The notes below the pieces were generated by a model that saw only the letters and a list, made by a program, of their open reading frames with translations, did not search any database and was not told the origin of the DNA. Position numbers and translations under genes: made by a program. From Octopus vulgaris (Eukaryota), in NCBI GenBank assembly GCA_951406725.2, contig OX597827.1, positions 13,950,001 to 14,014,000 of the forward strand: a stretch of DNA of 64,000 nucleotides, read 5' to 3'. Positions 41,098-54,328 of the stretch are shown here, piece after piece. The first letter of the stretch is position 1, and every line of letters begins with the position of its first letter.

Positions 41098-43374
41098 ATA
41101 TATATATATACACACATACATGCACAGATATTTATCTAGCTATCTGTCTATATATATATACATACATACAAGAGCCTCCAAGAAAGATGGGATTAAGAGT
41201 GGAAGTTTCCCTTAGACTAAAGAATTAGCGTGAATGTTTGTAATAGTGTGAAACCTACTAAAGGTATGTTAGGACCAGGTGCTGGTGTTTACTCAGGTGA
41301 TAGTTTAAACCTACCACTCAAGAAGTCAGAATACTGATTTCTGCTGAAATAAAAACTACAAAGTAACTCATCCCACGTTTTAAAAATTCTGCTAACTCTT
41401 TGCCCAAGACTGGTACTTTATTTTATCAACCCTGAGAGTTTGAAAAACAAAGTTGACCTCCACAGGACTTGAACTCAGAGAGTAGGAAACTGGAGCAAAT
41501 AGCATAATTTGCCCTCTTGGTAGAATGCAAGTTTTCTGTGTGAAGTTAATAATGTTGCTAATCGAATCATCCACATATTACTGGTACATATTTGGTATAG
41601 GGAATAAAAGTATAGATTTTATAAATAATTTAAAGATAAAAATGAATCTGTGTTATATGGAATTTATTTGACATAGTAGATTGGGTTTTTTGTTTTATTT
41701 AGTTTTTACTTTCGTTTTTGTTTTTTCTGTCAAAGAGAATATTTGAATAAATTATCCAAAAGAATAACTTTGCACATTTTATCAGACCCAAGGGAATAAA
41801 AGACCAAATTGATCTAAACTAGATTTTTAACACAGAACATTAAGGAAGCTGAAATCTTTTGATGTTTTTACTGATGATACATGATGTTATGTCTAAACTG
41901 TGAATTTCTAGGAAAAACATGCCATAAAGGGATAAAAATATAGAAAAAAGAAAACATATGCATCTCATTATGAAAAGCTGAAAATATATATATTTTAAAA
42001 TGAAAAGGTATTTTACATCACCTTACTTCAATATGTCTCTTCTAAAAAAAGGAATAGAATGTTTTAGAATTTTTACCTGTGATGACTACTACAAAATGAA
42101 CTGTTTGAACATTTTGAAGAATTAATTTTTCTTTCAACTGAAAGATATTTTCTTCTTCAAAAGATTTATCTCTTGTGCCAGGTTACTGACTGACAGAGAG
42201 CTGCAGAAGATGAAGAGAAATGGCAAAATCTGATTGCAACCTCATCAACAAATGCCCCAGTGACCACATGGTCAAGGGATAGAAACAAAGGAAAGAAGGA
42301 AAAAAAGAAGGAAGGACCTGGTGAATGGCTCATTACAGGAAGAGGGATTTGGGAAACACCTATCCCTTATAACAATGATACGTAAAGAACAATGGTAGAA
42401 TAATGGAGTTGTTAATTTAGAATGCTAAGTTCAAATTTTACTTGCATCTTTTTCCTTTTCAAAACTACATACCTAAAAAAATAACATACAGTTAAAACCA
42501 GATTTGTAGCCTTTGTAGAAGTATTTTACTGGTATGAATATTAATTTCTTCCCACAGTTCTCTTGACAGAGTCAGTTGGATGGTGGCAGGGGTAGCAAGA
42601 ATACTTTAATAATTTTCTAATTATTCTGGTTGCTACACAAAATAAAAAATATTTTCTTCAATAGGAGAGTTAGTTTTATATAAATGTGGCAGAATCTTTT
42701 GAATGTTATGATCAACACAGCAACTGAAACATGAGCAAAAGCAGAATTAATATGTCCAATAATGAGGTAGGTATGTTTCTGTGTTACACTTTAGTATACG
42801 TATATATGGCTTCTGAACGAATTTTGCTAACTCTATTGGATTAAGAATCTCCAGAAGTCTCTCTTCACAGGTGTTGTATCTCAAGGAATAAAACTATGTC
42901 AAAATCACTGAGTTTCTAATTCAGGATATTTTCGAAATAGTTGTCCTTTTCTGCATGCTGAAATGACCCCTTATTTAAAGTTGCTTCCTTCTTTAAACAA
43001 AGATGAGAGAGTGAAAGAGGATAAGAGAGAGAAAGAGAGAGAGAGAGAAACTTAATGACCTGCTATCACTGCAAACCTGAAGCAATTCACATGATTGACG
43101 TGGGAAAAAATACAACAGAGGAACAAAAAAGGGGAAAAGATAGAATTCTACTTCACACTAAACTTTCAGTACAGGCTTTGCTGATAAGGTCTAATAAGAT
43201 TAAAACGTGTCCAGAGTTGTCACCATGCTTGCCAAAAATTAGACTCATTCCCCAATTATTTTTTAAATTTTTAATTGATCTTAATTTATCTGAAATTTGG
43301 TGTTGTCTTTCCTGCCTATATCGATCATTTAATTATTAATAGAATTTTTCTTTCTTCTCACTATGAATGTATAT

Positions 43375-43591
43375 TTAACACTTTAGCATTTAAACAGGCC
43401 ATATCTGCCCCAAATACTCTATGTTCAAACCAGCCATATTCAGCCTCACACACCTACCCTACAATGACTTTCTAAAAATAATCAATCACATTGAAATCAC
43501 AAAGCCACAAGATAACGCATGATTTATTCAGAATGATGTGAATAAATATGCATTACATTTGACAGAATAATCTGAATGATAAAAAGGTAAA
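43375..43591. mobile_element. Decayed piggyBac-like MITE (second family)
   Basis: ttaa-cactttagcatt ... aatgataaaaaggtaaa imperfect TIRs. Confidence 0.5.
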
Positions 43592-44788
43592 TCACTTAAA
43601 CTTTTATTTCACTCACTACATTAAATATATAAGCATCTACTTAACTATTTGTTTTCATGCAGAATGTGCCCTTGGTTGTTCCTGAGTCGTTTTCCCATGT
43701 TCATTTTTTTTTTTTTTTTGTCTGATCAGGAGACTTAAATGGTATTATATGTGTTTGTAATGTGATGCAAGCCACAACTGAATCTAATGAAAGTATCAGG
43801 AAATAGATAGCTGAATAGAAGATAGTAAACGTACAAAAGGGAAGGAAGGAAAAAAAGACTTTATAATGACAGAGCGGGCAAATTCATTATTTACTGAAAA
43901 GATAGTCAATGAAAATTACTCAAATTTATGGCTCATATATCTATGCATAATCATTTCACTTAAAGAATATTTATAGCGGGATAATTAGACTGACAAATAT
44001 CATATAGCAAAGATGATAGCGGCATGTGATACTATAGAAAATGCATTAAAGTAAATGACAGTGTGGATATGAACATGATATATCTGTATAAAAGAATTAT
44101 AAATTGAATAAATAAGAATAATGGTCTGGCATCATCATATAGAGATATGCAGCAATTATCAATAGAATATAAAAAGGATGACCTATATAATTATTTCTGA
44201 AAGAGATGTTAGTAAGAGCATTCACAGATATTCATGATATTGATGAAGAATTATTTCTGTGCATGTGTATGTGCTTGCAGGCGTGTATATAAGTGCATGT
44301 GTGCATATAGATGTGTGTGTATGTGTGTGTGTGTATGTGTGTGTGTGTGTGTGTGTGTGCATGTGCATTTGTTTGTGTGGTGAATCTATGCATGATTGTG
44401 CATCTGCATGTGTTGTTTACATGCAATATATTAAAACATGCATAGAAATGCACCATAATTGCAAGTTGTAGGAAACTACATATATAAATATGTATATACA
44501 TGCACACATAAATATACAAATACATACATACATACATGCACACACATACAGACACATACATACATACATACATACATACATACATACATACTTATATACA
44601 TGCATATATTTATGCATATATATTTTGTATACATATTTATATATGTTTGTATTTATGTATGTGTTTATGTATCTATGAATGGAAGCATGGAAGCATATGC
44701 TTTGGGCTACAAATGAAAAAAAGTACTCAATACATGATCTATCAACCAACACTGAGTTGCTGAAAGAATGCATGTTTTGGAAACTTGT

Positions 44789-44968
44789 AGTACAGGAGGA
44801 TTTTTCATCATGGACAAGTGATTTTTGGAAGAGGAGCCTTGCAAGTCTACCAGATAGCTGGAAGAACATTGAAGGAGAGTATATTTTGGATTAAAAAAGA
44901 ACTTTGTCTTAATTTTGAAAAATAAACGAAGTATAAAAAAAGACGATATTATTTATGGGATGACCCAA
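44789..44968 (+). mobile_element. 3' fragment of the mariner element with right TIR
   Basis: Homologous to 61675-61863 (QEDFSSWTS.FWK...; attatttatgggatgacccaa). Confidence 0.85.
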
Positions 44969-45206
44969 TATATATCAAAAAGGATCAAAGGTCTTTTTTG
45001 AGCCGTAACCTCATTTTTGCTAGGTGAGAGGACTGGAGCAATGTGAAATGAAGTGTTCTGCCCAGAGTCATGATGCATTGCCTGATTTAGAAATCACAAT
45101 CTTATGATCATGTGTGTACCACCCGAACCACAAAGACATATACCACAATATATATGTGTGTGTGTGTGTATATATATATACACACACACATATATATGTA
45201 TATATG

Positions 45207-45250
<44 letters not shown>

Positions 45251-45409
45251 TTCTGTGTGTGTATGCTTCTGTAATTAGTTAGATGAGCTATTTCCATACA
45301 GTAATGTTGACAATATACCTAAGCCAAAACAAATTGCAGTTTGTTCATAATGGTAAAGAATTCTTCTTTGGGTAAAGAATTCTTCTTTGAACTTTGGTTG
45401 AAGTTGATT

Positions 45410-46240
45410 CTGGCATGGGTTGAATGGTTTGACCAGTGCCGGCGAGCTGGCAGAACCGTTAGCATGTCGGACGAAATGTGTAGCCGTATTTTGTCTGCCG
45501 TTACGGTCTGAGTTCAAATCCCGCTGAGGTCGACTTTGCCTTTCATCCTTTCGGGGTTGATTAAATAAGTACCAGTTACGCACTGGAGTTGATGTAATCG
45601 AGTTAATCCGTTTGTCTGTCCTTGTTTGTCCCCTCTGTGTTTAGCCCCTTGTGGGTAGTAAAGAAATAGGTTTGACCAGTGCTGCACCAGACTCCAGTCT
45701 AACTTAGCATGGTTTCTATGGCTGGGTGCCCTTCCTAATGCCAACCACTTTACAGAGTGGGTTGAGTGCTCTTATATGGCACTTCATGGGTTGTTTTTAT
45801 GTGGCACCACACAGGTGCTTTTATGTAATGCCACATTGGTACTTTTACATGGTACCACATGGGTGCTTTTACATGACACTGCATGGGTGCTTTTATGTGG
45901 TGCCACCACGAGAATCATCATCATCATCATCATCATCGTTTAGCGTCCACTTTCCATGCTAGCATGGATTGGATGGTTCAACTGGGGTCTGGGAAGCCAG
46001 AAGGCTGCACCAGGCCCAGTCTGATCTGGCAGTGTTTCTACAGCTGGATGCCCTTCCTAACACCAACCACTCCGTGAGTGTAGTGGGTGCTTTTTATGTG
46101 CCACCGACACAGTTGCCAGATGGGGCTGGCAATGGACACGATCGGATGGTGCTTTTTACATGCCACCGGCACAGAGGTCCGTCGGGGCGGCGCTGGCAAT
46201 GGTCACGTTCGGATGGTTCACTTACATGCCACCGGCACTG
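45410..46240 (-). mobile_element. Two adjacent RTE 3'-tail copies, the first interrupted by SINE B
   Basis: Tail motifs; short-period motif repeats at 45770-45910; (ATC)n at about 45914. Confidence 0.8.
45440..45668 (+). mobile_element. SINE family B
   Basis: 14-bp TSD ggtttgaccagtgc at 45426-45439 and 45669-45682. Confidence 0.9.
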
Positions 46241-46717
46241 GTAATATATATATCAAAAAGGATCAAAGGTTCTTTCAGAACCACAAACACGTAAGGTTGG
46301 TTTCCCAGATTCTGTGGTGTAGATATTCCCTGCTTGGATGGATTGCCAGTCCATTGCACAATTATTCATTTTTTCCAGAACAGCAGCAATTTGAAATGAA
46401 GTGTCCCTTAAATAGTATCAAAAGAGGTACTGGTATTGAAACTAAGTTAACTTAAGGACAACCATCATTGATGACTGAGGTTATCAACACGACTTTTGGC
46501 CAAGACTCTTATAACAACTCCAAGCACTTACTCTTTTACTTTACTCTTTTACTTGTTTCAGTCATTTGACTGCGGCCATGCTGGAGCACCACCTTTTTAG
46601 TCGAGCAAATCGACCCCAGGACTTATTCTTTGTAAGCCTAGTACTTATTCTATCGGTCTCTTTTGCCGAACCACTAAGTAACGGGGGCGTAAACATACCA
46701 GCATCGGTTGTCAAGCG

Positions 46718-46747
46718 ATGTTGTGGGGGACAAACACAAACACGCAA

Positions 46748-46805
<58 letters not shown>

Positions 46806-48928
46806 GGGCCTGGAAAGCCTGGAAGGATGGGGGCAGCAGGGAACTGTACCAGATAGCCAAAAGGAAGGCTGGGCGGCAGGTATACATAGCCAAAGACGTA
46901 GCAGAAAAGAAGAAGTTTGCCAATGTCCAGCGACGCGAGGATCAAAGAGCTGAAGTATTTCGGATTGCCAGACAGTGTGTCAGAGAAAATAGTGATGTTA
47001 TAGGAGAGAAATGTGTCCGCATGGATGATGGGGCACTTGCTTTTACTGCTAGTGAAAAGAAAGAGGCTTGGAGAAGCCATTATGAAAGACTGCTGAATGA
47101 GGAGAATGAATGGGAGGAGGAGAGCCTGCCAAATGTTGACCCAGTAGAGGGACCAGCTACCCGAATAGACAGCTCCCTTGTAGATAAGGCAATTAAGGAT
47201 ATGAAACCAGGTAAAGCCCCTGGCCTATCAGGAATCACTGCTGAGATGCTTAAAACAGCTGGCTATGTGGGCTATACCATAGTCACCCGCATTGTAAACC
47301 AGGTAGTTCACAATGGAGTCATACCCAATGACTGGTGCAGCAGCACCATAGTCAACTGCTACAAGAGTAAGGGTGATGCTCTAGATAGAAATAACTACAG
47401 AGGTATCAAACTGTTGGACCAGGTGATGAAGGTCTCAGAGAAGGTCATAACCCATCTCATTAGGGAGAGAATTTGTTTAGATGAAATGCAGTTCGGTTTT
47501 GTACCAGGTAGAAGCACCACTGATGCTATATTCCTGGTCCAACAACTGCAGGAGAAGTACCTAGCTAAAGATAAACCCCTCTACATAGCTTTTGTAGACT
47601 TGGAGAAAGCCTTTGACAGGGTTCCCCGTTCCCTCATCTGGTGGTCGATGCGGAAACTGGAGATTGAAGAATGGTTAATAAGGGCTGTACAGGCTCTATA
47701 CAGAGAGGCTGTCAGCAAGGTTAGGATTGGCAACGAATATAGTGAAAAATTCTGGGTAGAAGTAGGTGTGCACCAGGGCTCAGCCCTCAGTCCCCTTTTA
47801 TTCATCATAGTCCTTCAGGCAATAACAGAGGAATTCAAAACGGGATGCCCCTGGGAGCTCCTCTATGCCGATGACCTAGCTCTCATAGCAGAATCACTAC
47901 CGGAACTAGAAGAGAAATTTCGGGTGTGGAAGCAAGGGTTGGAATCAAAGGGCCTTAGAATAAATGTAGCAAAGACCAAAGTATTAGTAAGCAGCAAGAG
48001 GTACTCAGCACACACACCCTCGGGTAGGTGGCCCTGCTCAATCTGTAGGAAAGGTACAGGTAGAAACTCCATAAGATGCACCCAATGTAAGTTATGGACA
48101 CATAAGAGGTGCAGCAACATTAAAGGGAAATTAACAGATAAGATAGCTTTCATGTGCGGCAGATGCACAGGGACAATAGACACAACAGACACTCAGAAAA
48201 CAGATTCCATCACACTCCAGGGAGAGAAACTAGAAGTAGTTGATAGTTTCCGCTACCTGGGTGACCAAGTTAGTAGCGGAGGTGGATGCACAGAGAGTAT
48301 CACCACTAGAATACGAATAGCCTGGGCAAAGTTCAGAAAGCTCCTACCCCTACTGGCAACAAAAGGTCTCTCCCTCAGAGCGAAAGGTAGGTTGTATGAT
48401 GCATGTGTGCGAACTTCCATGCTTCACGGTAATGAAACATGGGCAGTGACTGCAGAGGACATGCGTAGACTTGAAAGAAATGAAGCTAGCATGATCCGCT
48501 GGATGTGTAGTGTCAGTGTGCACGCAAGACAGAGTGTAAGCATCCTAAGAGAAATGCTGGATATAAGAAGCATCAGATGTGGTGTGCAAGAGCGACACTT
48601 GCGATGGTATGGTCATGTGCTGCGGATGGATGAAGAGAGATGTGTGAAGAAGTGCCACTCCCAAACAGTTGAAGGTATCAGGGGGAGAGGTAGACCCAGG
48701 AAGACATGGGATGAGGTAGTCAAGCATGACCTCAGAGCATTGGGCCTCACTGAGGCAATGGCGAAAGACCGAGATCTCTGGAGATATGCTGTGACTGCAA
48801 AGACCCGGGCTGCTTTCTGCAGCAATTCCACATACCCCCTACCCATTCAAAGTACCCCGGATCCCCAAAGTACCCCGGATCCCCAAAGTACCCCGGACCC
48901 AGTTGCCCCCGTGCCGCTGGCACGTTAA
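46718..48928 (+). CDS. RTE-clade reverse transcriptase with an internal PHD-type zinc finger; the first ~29 codons derive from the SINE and microsatellite
   Basis: Motifs KAPG, NYRGIKLL, QFGF, FVDLEKAFD, GVHQGSALSPLLF, YADD (47864-47875), FRYLG, LRWYGHV, RGRGRPRKTW; no internal stops. Confidence 0.92.
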
Positions 48929-49160
48929 AAGCTCGAACCGATCGCGACCAATGCCGGACCCCCTGGCCCCTGTGCAGGTGGCACGTAAAAGCACCCAATC
49001 CACTCACGGAGTGGTTGGCGTTAGGAAGGGCATCCAGCCGTAGAAACTCTGCCAAATCAGACTGGAGCCTGGAGCGGCCCCTGGCTTTCCAGACCCCGGT
49101 CGAACCGTCCAACCCGTGCTAGCGCGGAAAACGGACGTTAAACGATGATGATGATGATGA
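46805..49160 (+). mobile_element. 5'-truncated RTE-clade non-LTR retrotransposon
   Basis: RT ORF, 3' UTR and (GAT)n tail; tatacg at both junctions (46801-46806, 49161-49166) is a possible TSD. Confidence 0.92.
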
Positions 49161-49884
49161 TATACGACGGGCTTCTTTCAGTTTCCATCTACCAAATCCA
49201 CTCACAAGACATTGGTCGGCCCGGGGCTATAGCAGAAGACACTTGCCCAAGATGCCACGCAGTGGGACTGAACCCAGAACCATGTGGTTGGTTAGCAAGC
49301 TACTTACCACACAGCCACTCCTGCGCCTTGAAAAATGTTTAACAAAAGTATGCTACTAATTTTCTTATATAATGTATTTCGTGGCTTGATGTACCACTAA
49401 AGGAAACGTATAGGGCTGCACTAGTGGAAGAACTTAAATAGTGAATGCTCTCTGTATAACATAATACAAAACTTAGTGAAACCCACCGTTGATGTGGCCT
49501 GGCCATAAGTGTTGACAGAAAGGAAATGGAGCATGAGAAAAGTTGTTGAGTGATAGGATTTTCCCTGGAAAGGAAAAAAATGTGATAGGTGTAGCACGGA
49601 ATAGACATTCTGCAGGGAGGTTTATGTAGAACAAATGAATACCTTTCCAGAATAACAAGATATTGTGATCAAAGGAATTTATTATTTTGAAGAGGAAAAG
49701 CATGCATCTAAAAGAAACAGAAACCGGAAGTCAATAAACATGGATTATTATAGGAAACAACCAGGCAAAGGAAGCTATCAAGCAGCATGATATGGAAAAT
49801 GGAGACAGAAAACTATAATGTCCTTGTGCTTCCATCGCTTGTCAATAATTTTTGGTTGCTCTGGCATGAAACTGTTGGCTGCAT

Positions 49885-50716
49885 TTACTCTTTTACTCTC
49901 TTTTACTTGCTTCGGTCGTTTGACTGCGGCCATGCTGGAGCACTGCCTTTAGTCGAGCAAATCAACCCCAGGACTTATTCTTTGTAAGCCTAGTACTTAT
50001 TCTATCAGTCTCTTTTGCTGAACCGCTAAGTTACAGGGACGTAAACACACCAGCATCGGTTGTCAAGCGATGTTAGGGGTGGGAACAAACACAGACACAC
50101 AAACACACACATATATATATATATACACATATATACGATGGGCTTCTTTCAGTTTCCGTCTACCAAATCCATTCACAAGGCTTTGGTTGGCCCGAGGCTA
50201 TAGTAGAAGACACTTGCCTAAGTTGCCACGCAGTGGGATTGAACCCAGAACCATATGGTTGGTAAGCAAGCTACTTACCACACAGCTACTCCTGTGCCTA
50301 TACTCTTACTCTCTTTTACTCTTTTACTTGCTTCAGTCATTTGACTGCAGCCATGCTGAGGCACTGCCTTTAGTCGAGCAAATCGACCCCAGGACTTATT
50401 CTTTGTAAGCCTAGTACTTATTCTATCGGTCTCTTTTGCTGAACCGCTAAGTTACAGGGGCTTAAACACACCAGCATCGGTTGTCAAGCGATGTTAGGGG
50501 TGGGAACAAATACAGACACAGAAACACACACATATATATATGCACATATATACGATGGGCTTCTTTCAGTTTCCGTCTACCAAATCCATTCAGAAGGCTT
50601 TGGTCAGCTCGAGGCTATAGCAGAAGACACTTGCCCAAGTTGCCACGCAGTGGGACTGAACCCAGAACCATATGGTTGGTAAGCAAGCTACTTACCACAC
50701 AGCCACTCCTGCACCT
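49885..50716 (-). mobile_element. Two tandem SINE A copies
   Basis: 49885-50298 and 50302-50716 share private variants (ttaggggtgggaac, aagttgcc, accatatgg), which points to tandem duplication. Confidence 0.9.
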
Positions 50717-51699
50717 ATGTGCACATTTGATGTGAAAGTTATTTTACTTTGGAGTATATTCTGATAGCATGCCAGTCATCCTTTACAGAGTATACCTGAT
50801 GGCATAACCAAGGACTAAGTAGTGCAAAAACAGCGCAGCAGCAGCCTCAGATAAATAAGAATCAATACCAAGTGGTGCTCTATTGTTTTATACATGGACC
50901 GGGAGAAAGAACAATGATGAATATTAAACAAAAGAGATCCCAAACCCAGATTCCTAATGGTCCTGATGACTGGAAAGTATACAAAGTTTAGTCAACTATA
51001 ACATGGAACGTTGCTAATTGGACTCCTTTATACTCCCATGCTTAGGTTTTGGCATACAATGTTTGTCTGAAAAATTACATATCCTGAAGCAGCTTATAGT
51101 ATTCCCAAGCAAAAAGATCTGAAATGACCTCTAACTGCCTTTACAGATAAACATTTCTCTGTGATTACTTCCAACCAGCTGGCTCAGAAGCTAATACCTA
51201 AGAAAGTCAATGAGTTAACTCCATCACTAACAAAAGTTAATCTCTATCAAGTTGCTTCTCTTACATTCAGTAGCACCTAACATGGTCTAATAATGTCTCA
51301 CAGTAATTTATGCAGCAGTGTCCAACAAATTTCATCATGTGATATAGCATGTCCAATAGGAACCTAGCTTACCATCTTTCAAGCCAAAGATAAAGAACCA
51401 ATGCTTCATTTATTGTGGATATCTGATAAATTAGATATGAACCTTATATGTTTATATATATATATATTATATATATACGAAAGAAGGTTTGGAAATGCAA
51501 TTTTAAAAGATGTTTATTTACTTGCATTTTCAAACCTTTTTTCGTATATAATTCTACTCGTGCGGTACCTTACAACTCCACTTTGTTATTTATTTATATA
51601 TATATATATATATACATATACATACATATATATACATATACATACATATATATACATATACATACATATACATACATATATATACATATACATACATAT

Positions 51700-51752
<53 letters not shown>

Positions 51753-51935
51753 TGGCCTGGACCAATCTTTGGTCGAAACATATCTAAGTTTTATCTAAGT
51801 TTTATATATATATACATATACATGTATATATATATATACATATATATATACATATATATATATATACATAAATATATATATATATACATATATACATATA
51901 CATATATACATATATATATATATACATATATACAT

Positions 51936-52027
<92 letters not shown>

Positions 52028-52230
52028 ACAAAGGGTAAAATTAATTAATTAAAAAGTAATCAATAAATTTCACCAAGTAGGATTCGGTATGAAAACAAGA
52101 CTGCTAACACGGTAAATTTTAGTAATACTAATATACTTATTAGTATATATATATATGTACATATAATTGAAGAAATTGAAGTCAGGAAGTGGGGGGAGTA
52201 CAGTTGTATGGTTGGACATTTGTTTATTGT

Positions 52231-52334
52231 CCACTACAATTGTTTCGATGCAATGTGGTTCTCCAAGAACACAAGTATTTGATTATGCAACTGTTTGTTT
52301 GCATAATGAGATTTAGTTGTGTTTCTTCAGGTGA
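52231..52334 (-). ncRNA. Hammerhead motif with intact core and an enlarged stem II region
   Basis: tcac-CTGAAGA-[~77 nt including aacacaa/ttgtgtt and attatgcaa/ttgcataat stems]-GAAAC-AATT-GTA-gtgg. Confidence 0.55.
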
Positions 52335-52491
52335 TATACCGACTCAAATTTCTTCAATTTTATATTCACACATAGTGAATGCCCGGATTTAAGCTTGGAA
52401 GTATGTAATAAAGCCACCAATACTACTGGGTCATTCTTAAGGTGGATGAGGTCTATACTGTACTCTAACACGTTCCTAGGGGACTACAACA

Positions 52492-52552
<61 letters not shown>

Positions 52553-52563
52553 ACAGACATATA

Positions 52564-52983
52564 GGCGCAGGAGTGGCTGTGTGGTAAGTAGCTTGCCTAC
52601 CAACCACATGGTTCCGGGTTCAGTCCCACTGCGTGGCATCTTGGACAAGTGTCTTCTTCTATAGCCTTGGACCGACCAATGCCTTGTGAGTGGATTTGGT
52701 AGACGGAAACTGAAAGAAGCCTGTCGTATATATGTATATATATATGTGTGTATGTGTGTGTATGTGTTGTGTGTCTGTGTTTGTTCCCCTAGCATTGCTT
52801 GACAACCGATGCTGGTGTGTTTACGTCCCCATCACTTAGCGGTTCGGCAAAAGAGACTAATAAAATAAGTACTGGGCTTACAAAAAATAAGTCCCGGGGT
52901 CGATTTGCTCGACTTAAGGCGGTGCTCCAGCAAGGCCGCAGTCAAATGACTGAAACAAGTAAAAGAGTAAAAGAGTAAAAGAG
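52564..52983 (+). mobile_element. SINE family A
   Basis: Consensus match. Confidence 0.9.
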
Positions 52984-54291
52984 ACACACACCACACACAT
53001 ATATGCAGTGCCCCAGTATGGCTGCAGCTCTCCAGCTGAAACTAGTAAAGGATAAAGGATATCTACTCTCTGTGTGTGTGTGTGTGTGTGTGTGTTGTTG
53101 GGATGGTATTGTTTTTGAAGACACCAAAGTGGTATCAGTTGAACAGAGCGCTTTGTATAAGCCATGAGAAATTGTAAATCTATAATATTTATATTATTAT
53201 CTGGTTTTATTGCCTTGAAGTGGTAGAACAGCTCTTTCACTGTTTGATTCAGCAGTCTGTAGTGGTTGAACATTAGGCAGTGATTTGATGTAGCTTGTTT
53301 TGGCTGCCATTTCTCTGTCAGATGTAATGCTGTGAATAATACATCATGGTCTCCAATGTGGGTTGTAGTTAAATGTCAAGTGATGCTGATGTTGTAGTGC
53401 ACGTGGCGATGCCAAATTTTTAACAGATTATTTCCTGTGTTGGTTTATGGATGAAAAATAAAAGCAACAATTGTACACCAGGAAAGACATACTATTATTG
53501 GGGCCCACAACAAAATAGCTGGCACATATCAACAATCTGTGACTAGCCTGTCCCAAATGCGAAAATAACTGTGCCGTATTCATGATGGAAAATCTGTGTC
53601 TTCTCTATCTGCAATGGCTGGAGAATGAAATGCAAATGGAGATGTGGAAGTGATTGATTCAGCATTCTATGGCAAGAGGTAAAACATGTGAATGTGTTGG
53701 TTGGTCTCATCACTCTTTAAAGAGTTTTGGTGCTAAAAGTGGATTTATATAAAGCACAAAGGGAAAGTTCTAGAAAATTGAAACACGTGACAGCTTGACA
53801 CTGATTGGTTGGGTAATTAATTGACTGACCATGTGAAATGATTGTGGCTTGGTTTTGATATCTACTTAAGTATCTCGCAATTTGATTTCGAATTTGCTAT
53901 AAATAGCCCACCCCACCCCCGCCCCAGTTCTTTTTCTTTGAAATGTAAGAGGATGGAACAATCAAAAGGGTCATGTGAAAAAAGAACGAAAGACCAACAG
54001 AAATACAAAATACAAAAGCAAAAAACATGCAATAAAATGAAAGCAAATAAAATATATATATATGTATGTATGTATACTACGGGCTCCTATCAGTTTCTAT
54101 TTACCAAATCCACTGACAAAGCTTTGATCAGTCTGAAGCAATAGTAGAAGACACTTGCCCAAGGTGCCACACAGTGGAACTGAATCCAGAACAATGTGGT
54201 TGGGAAGCAAGCATTATCTATGATCAGAGCTCATATATGCAAAATTGTGTTGAAACACAAAAAAAACATGCAAGTAGACTACAAGTTTATC

Positions 54292-54328
<37 letters not shown>

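Larger units (their letters stand above)
46528..49328 (-). mobile_element. SINE family A split by the RTE LINE (halves 46528-46800 and 49161-49328)
   Basis: The two halves join into the consensus across the insertion. Confidence 0.9.

Noticed and set aside
42180-42385. Exon-like open frame RAAEDEEKWQNLIATSS...
   Set aside because: It resembles the C-terminus of RTE-type LINE proteins, so it is more likely a decayed LINE 3' end than a host exon.
13861-50735. Recurring ORFs such as MSSNARGTNTDTQ... and ...RGYSRRHLPKVP...
   Set aside because: Chance reading frames within SINE A copies, not a gene family.
50960-50985. CTGATGA-ctg-GAAA hammerhead-like string
   Set aside because: No stem II or stem I can form.
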